Positions 37,440 through 50,267 of a stretch of 64,000 nucleotides of DNA are shown here, one piece after another. The notes below the pieces were generated by a model that was not told where the DNA came from, did no database searches, and worked only from the letters and a program-made list of their open reading frames with translations. Each line of letters begins with the position of its first letter. Position 1 is the stretch's first letter. The translations under genes were made by a program, and so were the position numbers. The DNA is from Macrostomum lignano (taxonomy: Eukaryota), in NCBI GenBank assembly GCA_002269645.1, contig NIVC01000093.1, positions 1 through 64,000 of the forward strand, given 5' to 3'.

Positions 37440-37471
37440 ATTTATTCGGGTTTAAAAACAAATATATTGGC

Positions 37472-37600
37472 TAGATAGATAGATAGATAGATAGACAGAT
37501 AGATAGATATATAGATAGATAGATAGATAGATAGATAGACAGACAGATAGATAGATAGATAGAGAGATAGATAGATAGATAGACAGATAGATAGATAGAC

Positions 37601-37631
<31 letters not shown>

Positions 37632-37700
37632 TAGAGAGATAGATAGATAGATAGACAGATAGATAGATAGACAGATAGATAGATGGATAGACAGACAGAC

Positions 37701-37752
<52 letters not shown>

Positions 37753-37775
37753 GGATAGACAGACAGACAGATAGA

Positions 37776-37807
<32 letters not shown>

Positions 37808-37811
37808 TAGA

Positions 37812-37843
<32 letters not shown>

Positions 37844-37928
37844 TAGATAGATAGATAGATAAATAGACAGACAGATAGATAGATAGATAGAGAGATAGAT
37901 AGATAGATAGACAGATAGATAGATAGAC

Positions 37929-37959
<31 letters not shown>

Positions 37960-38028
37960 TAGAGAGATAGATAGATAGATAGACAGATAGATAGATAGAC
38001 AGATAGATAGATGGATAGACAGACAGAC

Positions 38029-38064
<36 letters not shown>

Positions 38065-38097
38065 TGATAGATAGATAGATAGATAGGTAGATAGATT

Positions 38098-38135
<38 letters not shown>

Positions 38136-38155
38136 CAGACAGATAGACAGATAGA
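37472..38155. repeat. Compound (GATA)n/(GACA)n microsatellite
   Basis: Mixed GATA/GACA run. Confidence 0.95.
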
Positions 38156-38839
38156 AAGAAATATCAGTGGATCAATTCAACTACAAAAACGGACACACGC
38201 AGGCACCTGTCAAGCTGGACACTGCATGTGTGACAGCTAGTGCATGTAAAGCTGACAGTTTTTACATTCGTAGTAGCTGTAAAACGCGCTCTTGCCGGCA
38301 GCGAACTACAATAAGTAGTCCAGTGCAGTGCGTAATTGTGCTCATCAATATTTCAGTTTAAGCACTTCTCTAAGAGAGAAAGGACTGAGGAATCACAGAT
38401 AATCAGTGGAAGCTGGGCTGTCTAAATTTATACCCAGCGCATCCTTGATACCTGCAGATTAGCAAGCGCATCTACATCCTGACACATTCACAAGACCAGA
38501 GCGTGAAGCGCCATACCTGTGACACAATTGTGACGCAGTTGCGCTCGCTGGTGACCCTGTTTTAGTCGTTAAATAATTAATGAGACGTCTTTTGGCTTCA
38601 CCAGTGCGCGCGGGCAGCAACCGCGGTTAGATTTGATTTAGTAGTGCAAAAGTTTCAACCTCAGCTTTGTATGCTGACGTAGCAATCAATCTAACATGAA
38701 GTAAAGTTTCTCTAGGTGAATGAAAGTTGCGGTCTTAGTAGATTCATAAATTTAATGAGCTATGTAGGAGCTCTCTACCACTGTAATCTTATTAGCCAAT
38801 CACTGCAGTTACAGTTCTTCCATTAGCAAACAAAACTTC

Positions 38840-40140
38840 GAATGCATTAGTTGCAGATTTGAAACATTGGTTGCAGTTCTGATGCATTAGTTGCAGTTCT
38901 GATGCATTAGTTGCAGTTCTGATGCATTAGTTGCAGCTCTGATGCATTAGTTGCAGTTCTGATGCATTAGTTGCAGTTCTGATGCATTAGTTGCAGTTCT
39001 GATGCATTAGTTGCAGTTCTGATGCATTAGTTGCAGCTCTGATGCATTAGTTGCAGTTCTGATGCATTAGTTGCAGTTCTGATGCATTAGTTGCAGTTCT
39101 GATGCATTAGTTGCATTTCTAACGCATTAGTTGCAGTTTTGAAACATTGGTTGCAGTTCTGATGCATTAGTTGCATTTCTAACGCATTAGTTGCAGTTTT
39201 GAAACATTGGTTGCAGTTCTGATGCATTAGTTGCAGTTCTGATGCATTAGTTGCAGTTCTGATGCATTAGTTGCAGTTCTGATGCATTAGTTGCAGTTCT
39301 GATGCATTAGTTGCAGCTCTGATGCATTAGTTGCAGTTCTGATGCATTAGTTGCAGTTCTGATGCATTAGTTGCAGTTCTGATGCATTAGTTGCATTTCT
39401 AACGCATTAGTTGCAGTTTTGAAACATTGGTTGCAGTTCTGATGCATTAGTTGCAGTTCTGATGCATTAGTTGCAGTTCTGATGCATTAGTTGCATTTCT
39501 AACGCATTAGTTGCAGTTTTGAAACATTGGTTGCAGTTCTGATGCATTAGTTGCATTTCTAACGCATTAGTTGCAGTTTTGAAACATTGGTTGCAGTTCT
39601 GATGCATTAGTTGCAGTTCTGATGCATTAGTTGCACTTCTGATGCATTAGTTGCAGTTCTGATGCATTAGTTGCAGTTCTGATGCATTAGTTGCAGTTCT
39701 GATGCATTAGTTGCAGCTCTGATGCATTAGTTGCAGTTCTGATGCATTAGTTGCAGTTCTGATGCATTAGTTGCAGTTCTGATGCATTGGTTGCAGTTCT
39801 GATGCATTAGTTGCATTTCTAACGCATTAGTTGCAGTTTTGAAACATTGGTTGCAGTTCTGATGCATTAGTTGCATTTCTAACGCATTAGTTGCAGTTTT
39901 GAAACATTGGTTGCAGTTCTGATGCATTAGTTGCATTTCTAACGCATTAGTTGCAGTTTTGAAACATTGGTTGCAGTTCTGATGCATTAGTTGCATTTCT
40001 AACGCATTAGTTGCAGTTTTGAAACATTGGTTGCAATTCTGATGCATTAGTTGCATTTCTAACGCATTAGTTGCATTTCTAACGCATTAGTTGCATTTCT
40101 AACGCATTAGTTGCAGTTTTGATGCATTAGTTGCAGTTCT
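38840..40140. repeat. 20-bp minisatellite (GATGCATTAGTTGCAGTTCT)n with 60-bp variant blocks
   Basis: Tandem 20-mers with a recurring ...CATTTCTAACGCATTAGTTGCAGTTTTGAAACATTGG... trimer. Confidence 0.95.
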
Positions 40141-40614
40141 GTCATGTTGGTTTCAGCTTTATATTTTTGTGAACGCAATTTTTATTGATTCTAGCTATTG
40201 TAGTCAGAAAATGACGAAAATGACAGAGCTCGTAAAAAAGTTCGAATCATAGTTCATTGCTTTCATAGCGATATCAAAGACGGGCTGTCGAAAATATTGT
40301 AACAAGCATATTTAATATAAATTTCTTGCAAATGTACTAGTTATGGAAGATACGCTCTAATTTATAAAATAAATTGTTTGATATCAGTGTGCTAGGCTTA
40401 AGAGAAAAAATGCATAAAAATTTCGAAAAATTATTGATAAATTACGAAATCAACAAAGGGGTCAAATTGCACACAGGATTAAAAATATTCAATACAAAAA
40501 TGCACTCCGCTTTTGCATGCAACACAACAAATACGACAGTAATGCACTTCGTGTACTTTAAATATAGCACTCTGGCGAGATAACTCAGGCTGTGTGTAAT
40601 CCAGTGGATAATCC

Positions 40615-41310
40615 AGACACATGTTGAGACACTTTCTGACATCACGAGACACATCGAGACATCTGGAGACACATTTAGTAATCTTAAGACACATTCAGAC
40701 ATCCGAAGACACATTCAGTCAGTTCGAGACACATTTAGACATCTGGAGACACAGTTAGACATCAGGAGACACATTTAGACATCTGGAGACACAGTTAAAC
40801 ATCTGGAGACACATTTAAACATCTGGAGACACATTTAAACATCTGGAGACACAGTTAGACATCTGGAGACACATTTAGACATCTGGAGACACATTTAGAC
40901 ATCTGGAGACACATTCAGACATCCGAAGACACATTCAGTCAGTTCGAGACACATTTAGACATCTGGAGACACAGTTAGACAACAGGAGACACATTTAGAC
41001 ATCTGGAGACACATTTAGACATCTGGAGACACAGTTAGACATCTGGAGACACAGTTAGACATCTGGAGACACATTCAGAGATTACGAAACACATTCAAAC
41101 ACATCTGAAGACACATTCAGTAATCTTAAGACACAGTCAGACATCTAGAAACACAGTCAGACATCAGGAGACACAGCCAGACATCAGGAGACACATTCAG
41201 ACATCTGAAGCCACATTCAGACATCACTAAACACACCTAGAGACATCTGGAGACACATTCAGTAATCTTAAGACACATTCAGACATCTGTAGACACATTC
41301 AGACATCACG
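40615..41310. repeat. 20-bp minisatellite (AGACACATTTAGACATCTGG)n, reverse complement of the 35560-36540 family
   Basis: Contains GACACATTCAGTAATCTTAAGACACATTCAGAC, the reverse complement of the 35.6-kb unit. Confidence 0.9.
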
Positions 41311-41381
41311 TTAAACATTCTATGTTGAGCTCCAAAAAAAGTGCTAAATTTAGTCAACCGAGATGACTCATCGCAATCGGA

Positions 41382-44300
41382 TCAATCCATCGAACAGTCG
41401 GACAGATTTCTGACTAATCGCCGACGCCTAAATTGCCGCCTGCGCTGTTGGTGCTTCATCCTTTCCCAGGCGTTTAATTGGCTGACGCAGCTGGCGCACT
41501 CTGCGGCGTAGGCCGGCTCAGACATTTTAACGTAACCGCTAGGCTGGCACAGGTCTGGCCAATCGGAATTGAAGGCTCGATAGCCGCCCCGAAGTAGGCA
41601 GAGCTGAGGGTACAGCAGGCTGGGGTAGATGCCCTGCAGGAGGCTTCGTTGACGGTCGCTGCCGCGCAGGAGGCCGGCTAGTCGGGGCGCCCGTTCGGAA
41701 CTGAACTCGCAGTAGAACACTGGAGTAGATGGGGTACGGGAGTTCAGTGCTATGAGGTATGGCTGTGGCTAGTTTATTCTGACAAGGTGAACTCAATATT
41801 GGGAATCTATATGTACATTCGACTTTTAGGTAGGTGAGATCTCAAAATCGATCTTTATATAAGTAAAGTATATAGATTTTTAGGTAAAGGATATAGATTT
41901 TTAGGTAAACGATATAGATTTTTAGGTAAAGGATATTGATTTTTAGGTAAAGGATATAGATTTTTAGGTAAAGGATATTGATTTTTAGGTAAAGGATATA
42001 GATTTTTAGGTAAGGATATAGATTTTTAGGTAAAGTATATAGATTTTTAGGTAAAGAATGTAGATTTTTAGGTAAAGAATGTAGATTTTTAGGTAAAGGA
42101 CATAGATTTTTAGGTAAGGATATAGATTTTTAGGTAAAGGATATAGATTTTTAGGTAAAGGATATAGATTTTTAGGTAAAGGATATAGATTTTTAGGTAA
42201 AGAATGTAGATTTTTAGGTAAAGGACATAGATTTTTAGGTAAGGATATAGATTTTTAGGTAAAGAATGTAGATTTTTAGGTAAAGGACATAGATTTTTAG
42301 GTAAGGATATATATTTTTAGGTAAAGAATGTAGATTTTTAGGTAAAGAATATAGATTTTTAGGTAAAGAATGTAGATTTTTAGGTAAAGGATATTGACTT
42401 TTAGGTAAAGAATGTAGATTTTTAGGTAAAGGATATATATTTTTAGGTAAAGAATGTAGATTTTTAGGTAAAGGACATAGATTTTTAGGTAAGGATATAG
42501 ATTTTTAGGTAAAGAATGTAGATTTTTAGGTAAAGGACATAGATTTTTAGGTAAAGGATATAGATTTTTAGGTAAAGAATGTAGATTTTTAGGTAAAGGA
42601 TATAGATTTTTAGGTAAAGAATGTAGATTTTTAGGTAAAGGATATAGATTTTTAGGTAAAGAATGTAGATTTTTAGGTAAAGGATATAGATTTTTAGGTA
42701 AAGAATGTAGATTTTTAGGTAAAGGACATAGATTTTTAGGTAAGGATATATATTTTTAGGTATATGATCCAGATATCTAAGTAGGAAATCTAGATTTTTA
42801 GGTAAAGGATCTAAAAATCTATATCCTCTACCTAAAAATTTATAAATCGATCACATACCTAGATACTTAGATAGATAGATACCTACCGATAGACCATTTT
42901 TAGTATATTGGATGGACATACAAACAAATATTAGAGATTTAGTATATTTAGATGGGATATAGATTTTTAGATAAGGAATATAGTTTTTAGGTAAATAACA
43001 AAAAATTTTTTTGTAAGGGATCTAGGCTTTTGGGTAAAGTATATAGACTTCTAGGTGAGGGATCTTGGCTTTTAGGTAAGGGATCTGGGTTTTTAGGTAG
43101 GGGATCAAGATTTTAAGGTAAAGAAACGAGATTAATAGACAGGTATTCTGGATTTTTAGGAAAAGGATCTGGATTTTTAGGAAAAGGATCTGGATTTTTC
43201 CTAGGATCTGGATCTTTAGGAAAAGGATCTGGATTTTTAGGAAAAGGATCTGGATCTTTAGGAAAAGGATCTGAATTTTAAGGTAAAGGATCTGGATCTT
43301 TAGGAAAAGGATCTGGATTTTTAGGAAAAGGATCTGGATTTTTAGGAAAAGGATCTGGATCTTTAGGAAAAGGATCTGAATTTTAAGGTAAAGGATCTGG
43401 ATCTTTAGGAAAAGGATCTGGATCTTTAGGAAAAGGATCTGGATCTTTAGGAAAAGGATCTGAATTTTAAGGTAAAGGATCTGGATTTTTAGGAAAAGGA
43501 TCTGGATCTTTAGGAAAAGGATCTGGATTTTTAGGAAAAGGATCTGAATTTTAAGGTAAAGGATCTGGATCTTTAGGAAAAGGATCTGGATTTTTAGGAA
43601 AAGGATCTGGATTTTTAGGAAAAGGATCTGGATCTTTAGGAAAAGGATCTGGATTTTTAGGTAAAGGAGAAGTTCTACCATAATTTCGAATTTTATGCAT
43701 TACACTAAATATCATCATTAAATAAACACAACCAACCCAGCACAACTTGTGACTGCATGCGCTGTTCAAACATCATCTCCAGCAGCTGGTCGGGCATATA
43801 GATGTTAATAGCGCCTTTGACCCGGCCAGCCGACCATTCGTACGGGAAGCGGCAATCGACAATTACTAAGCTGTGCCCGTCCAGTGTCGAGTCCAACTTG
43901 CCGGTTAGAGCGCTAGCCAAGGTCTCGGGTGAGATTTCGCTGTTAATATCAGAGTGGCGTACGAGTTTTGAAAGTAATTCTTCAATGCTTACAGAGTGAC
44001 TCTCAGGTGACTTTGAAAGTGATTCTTCAATGCTTACAGAGTGACTCTCAGGTGACTTTGAAAGTTAGTCTTCAATGCTTACAGAGTGACTCTCAGGTGA
44101 CTTTGAAAGTTATTCTTCAATGCTTACAGAGTGACTCTCAGGTGACTTTGAAAGTTATTCTTCAATGCTTACAGAGTGACTCTCAGGTGACTTTGAAAGT
44201 TAGTCTTCAATGCTTACAGAGTGACTCTCAGGTGACTTTGAAAGTGATTCTTCAATGCTTACAGAGTGACTCTCAGGTGACTTTGAAAGTGATTCTTCAA

Positions 44301-45524
44301 TGCTTACAGAGTGACTCTCAGGTGACTTTGAAAGTGATTCTTCAATGCTTACAGAGTGACTCTCAGGTGACTTTGAAAGTGATTCTTGAGTGATTTTGAG
44401 TGGCTTTTAGTGATTTTGAGAGTGAATCTCGAGTGAATTTGAAGGTTATTCTTAAGTGATTTTGAAAGTGATTCTTGAGTGATTTTGAATAGGATTCTTG
44501 AGTGATTTTTGAGTGATTTTGAATAGGATTCTTAAGAGTGATTTTGATAGTGATGTTTGAAAGATTTTCAGACTGATTGTCTGTTTCTAATTCTAGGGTG
44601 ATCTATGATGATTTTGAAGACGGTATTTATAACGCTTACATTTTACGGCATAAAACAGTAATGTGTACTTTATCAGTTAATAAAAGGATTTCTATATTAC
44701 GTCTATATTACGATCTACTTTTTAAGAATGACTGGCAAAACTACGCTAAACTGTTGAGCGCACAAGGTTTTTTATCTGTTTAGTCGAACACCAGCATAGA
44801 GCAGATGCTGATGAAAGGGAAATCCTAGATTAAACTTGGTCAGTTTACCAACTGCATACTTAGTGCAATCAGATTGTAAAATATAGCTATATAAGGCTAA
44901 AATATGGCAGATAGATATGCAAATTATGAATGGCAGTTCTGACATTAGGATACTCCGTTCTTTCCATGTTTTACAGCCTGGCTCTCTCCCTCCCTCTGAC
45001 TCTCATCCTCTCCTGACTCTCCCCCTCCCCTGACTCTCACCCTCCCCCTGACTCTCTCCCTCCCCTGACTCTAAGCCTCTCCTGACTCTCACCCTCCCCT
45101 GACTTTCCCTCCCCCTGACTCTCTCCCTCCCGACTCTAAGCCTCTCCTGACTCTCACCCTCCCCTGACTTTCCCTCCTCCTGACTCTCATCCTCTCCTGA
45201 CTCTCTCCATCCCGACTCTCATCCTCTCCTGACTCTCTCCATCCTGACTCTCATCCTCTCCTGACTCTCTCCATCTCGACTCTCATCCTCTCCTGACTCT
45301 CCACCCCGACTCTCATCCTCTCCTGACTCTCCACCCCGACTCTCATCCTCTCCTGACTCTCCACCCCGACTCTCATCCTCTCCTGACTCTCCCTCCCACT
45401 GACTCTCACCCTCCGTTCTCTCCCTCCCCTCGTTTTCCTCTTAAGCGCATTATCCCAATATTCAGAGCATTAATTTTTAGTTGTATAATAAATACTACGT
45501 AGTAAGCAAGCTATTTTAATGCAA

Positions 45525-45556
<32 letters not shown>

Positions 45557-46563
45557 CTATTTAAAAAGATTTACAGTGCACTCTGAAAGCCAAGAGCAAT
45601 CGTGAGCAAGAAATTCTACGGTGTTAAAACAATAGAGCACAAACTATAGGCTCAAATTTTGAATATTTAATAAGTTTACAAAACATCTGAGAGCTAACTA
45701 TCGAACGTGTTCAAGTGGCATTTCAGTTTATCAATAACTTAAAGAGCTTTATATTAGATTTCTCTCTCTCTGAACCTCAAACTGAGTGAGTACCAGAGGA
45801 AGGCATGACATTGACTCTTCTCGTAGATGACCATCAGATGTACTTATAGATGTACAGAACAAACAGTAAAAAACCAACCAGATTCCAAACCGTCCATCTG
45901 CTGGTCGGCCATCAGTAGCCGACACCGCGGGCAGCAGTGGCTGGCAGAGCTGCTCATTTGCCAGCCGCCAGTCCTCCTCCGCGCCGACCTGCCAGGACGC
46001 GGAGCCGCAGGAGGCGGAAACGGCGGCAGTCAGCTGATTGGCTGAGGAAGTTGCCGCCGCATCTGGTTCTGTTGAAGCTGACGAGTAGCAGCTGATCTGG
46101 CAGGATGCGCTGTGACTTCGGTGTAACTGTGGAGGCCAAGGCGCCCGCGGAGTCAACAATAGCGACGTCCTGGACGGCGGCGCGGCGTCGCCAGCAGCGG
46201 CGGTAAAATTCAATGAATCGATCGACGATGCCGAAGTTCTTCGTCGGCGTTGGGCGACTTCGTTTAGCAGAGCGGCCGCGGCCACGGCGGCTACGGTGGG
46301 GCCGGCCGGGGCTGGACGGTCGTGCGACAGGCGACGGCGAGTGGCCGCTGACAGAGACGAAGACAAGGCTGATGCTGAGTCATCCGCGATGCTGGAGATG
46401 CTGGCTATGCCACTGCTGCTGCTGCTGCTGCAGCTTCTTGAGCACAGTATCTGTTGGCGACAGACTGATGAAGACAGACCGTCGGCATTGGCGTTGCCCG
46501 AGATGTCAGACTGGCCGCAATGGCACTGACTGTCTGCTGGCATTTCCGGTGTTGTAGGGTGGC
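41382..46563 (-). CDS. cdc25: Cdc25/string-like dual-specificity phosphatase (rhodanese fold); at least 3 coding exons, 5' end uncertain
   Basis: Exons 46563-45891 (in-frame ATG at 46543), 43939-43737 and 41719-41382, phase-consistent GT-AG. Motifs LLPAV...EISPETL, VIVDCRFPYEW..G.VKGAINI, VLVFYCEFSSERAPRL, YPSLLYPQLCLLRGGY..F and LCQPSGYVKM. Confidence 0.92.
41870..42760. repeat. 21-bp intronic minisatellite (GATTTTTAGGTAAAGGATATA)n
   Basis: Tandem copies in the last Cdc25 intron. Confidence 0.93.
43145..43665. repeat. 21-bp intronic minisatellite (GGATCTGGATTTTTAGGAAAA)n
   Basis: Tandem copies sharing the GATTTTTAGG.AAAGGAT core with the 41.9-kb array; source of the LFLKIQI pseudo-ORF. Confidence 0.93.
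43975..44390. repeat. 45-bp intronic minisatellite (TTCAATGCTTACAGAGTGACTCTCAGGTGACTTTGAAAGTGATTC)n
   Basis: About 9 copies immediately upstream of the Cdc25 acceptor at 43940. Confidence 0.93.
44985..45415. repeat. Degenerate ~19-bp CT-rich minisatellite (CTGACTCTCATCCTCTC)
   Basis: Tandem GACTCTC-anchored units. Confidence 0.85.
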
Positions 46564-46589
46564 CTGAATGCGGATAGTTAGTTTGTAGT

Positions 46590-46932
46590 TAATTAGTTAG
46601 TTAGTTGGTCAGTCAGTCAATTAGTTAGTTAGTTGGTCAGTCAGTCAGCCAGTCAGTCAGTCAGTGAGTCAGTGAGTCAGTCAGTCAGTCAGCCAGTCAG
46701 TCAGCCAGTCAGTGAGTCAGTCAGTCAGTCAGCCAGTCAGTCAGTCAGTGAGTCAGTGAGTCAGTCAGTCAGTCAGCCAGTCAGTCAGCCAGTCAGTGAG
46801 TCAGTCAGTCAGTGAGTCAGTGAGTCAGTCAGTCAGTCAGTGAGTCAGTGAGTCAGTCAGTCAGCCAGTTAGTCAGTGAGTCAGTGAGTCAGTCAGTCAG
46901 TCAGTCAGTCAGTCAGTCAGTCAGTCAGTCAT
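46590..46932. repeat. (AGTC)n/(AGTG) compound microsatellite
   Basis: GTCA-based run. Confidence 0.93.
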
Positions 46933-46944
46933 TCAGTCGACATG

Positions 46945-47085
46945 ATCACACAGCCAGCGCCGAGGCAATTCTGCTCATTCTGCAGCCTCCTGAGCACACA
47001 GAAGCGCGCCAATACTGTGCGCAGACACGCACTCATACACACGGGTGTACAGTGGCCCCTTTGACTTGCTAACGTCAGACATGTA
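46945..47085 (+). repeat. Dispersed ~140-bp repeat, copy 1
   Basis: TTCTGCTCATTCTGCAGCCTCCTGAGCAC...GCGCGCCAATACTGTGCGCAGACACGCACTCA...GGGTGTACA...GGCCCCTTTGACTT recurs inverted at 59328-59465. Confidence 0.85.
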
Positions 47086-50000
47086 CTCTTTTTGTACTCT
47101 CTCTCTCCACAACTTGTTCGCCATTTGCGAACAAGCTTTAACTTAAAAGGGTCGGTGCAAACAGTCAGGCATGAGATTCAGAAGTGATATCATTACAAAA
47201 TATTTTTAAAACATGGAGAAAGCCTCACACTACATAACTGGACTCCCAGACTCTGATATAATAAGTCCAAAACACAGATGAAATACATGCTATAAACATA
47301 CCACAAGGTGACAGCCCAATAGAATGCAGTGCAGGAGCTAATTGGTTTAATAATTCATCATCAAAATTGTTGAATGAACTGTCCAAATCAGTCTCAAAAT
47401 TAAACGACCTATATTTATTATCTTGTTGCTGTTTGCAATTGCAAAAATTGATATCATCTCTTTTACTATTGTTGAAATATTGACATTCACTACTTTCAGT
47501 AGTAGAATAATGATGATGATTTTCTTCTAGATTTTGTAGCATTTAGAATCTGAAATGGTTTTAGCAGTAGAATATAAACAGTGATATAGATTACTGAGGA
47601 TAAATCAAGTTATGCAAATAATAAAAATAATATTTCTCAAGACTATATGAAATGCATTGTACTAATAAGTGATAGAGCAAATATAAGCTTTTATTCTTTG
47701 GGCTTACAAATTTCAATTAGTACTATTTTAATATCTAAATTAAAAGTACCATTGTAAATATATAAATGAAATAATTGGTATAGAAGCTTTCCTATTAAAA
47801 AAATTAATAGTAATAATAACCTTGGCATAGTTTAGATCTAAGATCTCAAAATTTATATGGCTTATATTATGCATATATAGCTATAGGGTAATATAATATA
47901 GAAGTAGCTATACACATTTAAAGTATGAACTTTTTATAACTTTTGAACAAATTAAAGAAGCACATTTTGAAACTTTTATAAAATTATATATTAATTGCAA
48001 ATAATATGAGTCCATATAAAAATTTTTCATGTTTTTATTGGAAAAAAAGTTTAAGTAGGTTATTGAAGAAATATAGAAGTGGTATATCTACTATTTAAAT
48101 ACATAGGCCTATATAGCCATAGCACTTAGATACAACACTTAGAGGGCCTACTATTCTAAATAGGATTATAGTTAAATTTGGTATCCTAGATTGAAATTTA
48201 AGATGTCATATTGAAAATTAGGATATTATTAGCTAGGCCCTAGCTAGAATAAGACAAAAGGTTCAAATCCTATATATTTCTTAGCCTTTCTGACCCATAG
48301 AATATACTTTATGGAAACCTATTTCTCTATTGACCATGTTAACAGATCCTTTAAATCTATAGTTTACAGATTATTCAAATTTAACAATTAATAGAATTTA
48401 TAAAATCCCAAAAATCCAAATAATTGTATGATTACTAACCTTTCAAATCTAAATAATAGATAAAACATTGAAAAAAATAACTTAACTTATCTAGCTTAGA
48501 AAAAAACTAGGTAAGTAACTAATTATTTTGGCATTTAGACTATATGCCTATGTGCTATGTCTATGGCAGATTGGCAGGGTCAAATTTAGGATACCAAAGT
48601 TAAACTTGAATGCAAGTAAGAAACAGTTAGTGTTAGTGATGTGGCTTATGGCTATGTCTAATCATAATTGATTAGCTCTTAGCAATTGTCAATTAGCAGG
48701 CATGCTAATAATATTAATGCTATATGCTAGGACTAGGAGTAGAGAACAGGAGCACAGCACACTTGGCATTCTGTTGTCTGCCTCCTGAGTGACGCCGGCG
48801 CGCCGTTCACATTTACAACGCTTATGTTTCTATTAACTAACTGCAGACAACATATTTTGTTGCTCAGTTGCTGCTGTTGCTGTGTGATCGTAATCTGAGA
48901 AAATGCTGAAAATTGACTATATGAACAATTAGGTAACAGTAACAGGAACATCAGAATCAGTAACTGTGCCAATTCGATAAATCTATCCATGTTTCAATTT
49001 GCTTGCTTAGTTTCTTCGCTTGTTAAATGGCAGCTTAACTAACATCAACTGTTTAGCAATTTAATTTGTTCAGCAAGCGTTTCTCAGACACATTATTACA
49101 AAATTAAAAAATAATTATACAAAGTAAACGAAATTATTGTCAAATTTCTGAATTAATTTAAATTATCGTGTACTTTATAAAAGATATCAATACAAAACCT
49201 GATAATTTAATCTTAATGTTAGTTTTTCGCATATAAAAAAACTAACAATATAACACTTTTAGTTGGGCAACAAGTTAAAGAAAATAGTATTTGTTATTTA
49301 AGACTCGAAATTAGAAATATCATCAAATCCAACTTTTTTAAAAGGGTACTTGTCAAACATCCTGTCCCATAGTTCATTGATTATTTGCTTGCATGCATCT
49401 GCATGCAGGCGGCGGCTCATTTATTACTGCTACTGGCACTGTTCGTAGCGTAATAGGTGCAAAATTCTGCAACGTTTGTATTGTATTTACTAATCGCAAT
49501 TTTATCCGCTCTTTTTTTCTGTTTACCCTGTCTAATCTAATCTCATTCTTTTCTTTCACTTTATTATTCACAGGGCTCTAGACCCCACCCCACGCCTCTA
49601 GGCTCTAGTTTTGAGTGATTTTTAATTGTAGGCCTACTTTTTTAATATTTTACTCTTTTTCTTATACTGTAGTCAGTAGGCCCTAGTGTAGTGCATTCTC
49701 ATTTAACTCTAAGTCTAATTTGATTTGCCAACCCATCCTAGTTGACAGTTTGAATTGATATTAGCAATTATATTTTGATTTTTGTTGCTTAATACATTGC
49801 TCTTTAGATCTATCTGTATCTCAGCATCTAGTCAAGTCAATCATAGTCTTAGCTTAATTTAACCCTAAATAAGCTATTCCTCATTAAGCTTATTTTTTCC
49901 CTTTGCACTTTTAAAATAATAATTATGACTACAAGCTTAGGTCAAAGGCCTGAAAGCCAAAATGACATAATGATCATAGACATTGTCATTGTTATTGTTT

Positions 50001-50267
50001 TAAATTATAAGTAAAACAATTTCTATTGTTTTTATAAATTATCAAAATAAGAAATCTAAAATAAATGGAATTATTACCTAACTTTTCTTCAAAAAATATA
50101 AAGTTTTCAATATGTCTCTTACTTAAGATTAAATAAATAATTTAAATTAAAATAATATATTTTTAAAGGATTTTCTAATACAAAAGTCCTAGGCCTATTA
50201 CTTTAATGTTATGCTTGGCTACTATATTGATAAGCTTAGCTTATGAAGTTATGCTTATAATTAAGGA

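Noticed and set aside
43022-43681. 219-aa LFLKIQI repeat ORF and other minisatellite ORFs (11430-11997, 35548-36428, 39727-40056, 43968-44393, 56547-57049, 63051-63687)
   Set aside because: Tandem-repeat translations, several lying within introns of recognisable genes.
48733-48990. 85-aa minus-strand ORF with a signal-peptide-like start as the first exon of Cdc25
   Set aside because: No phase-1 donor in that frame to join the 46563 acceptor, Cdc25 is not secreted, and no family motif is present.
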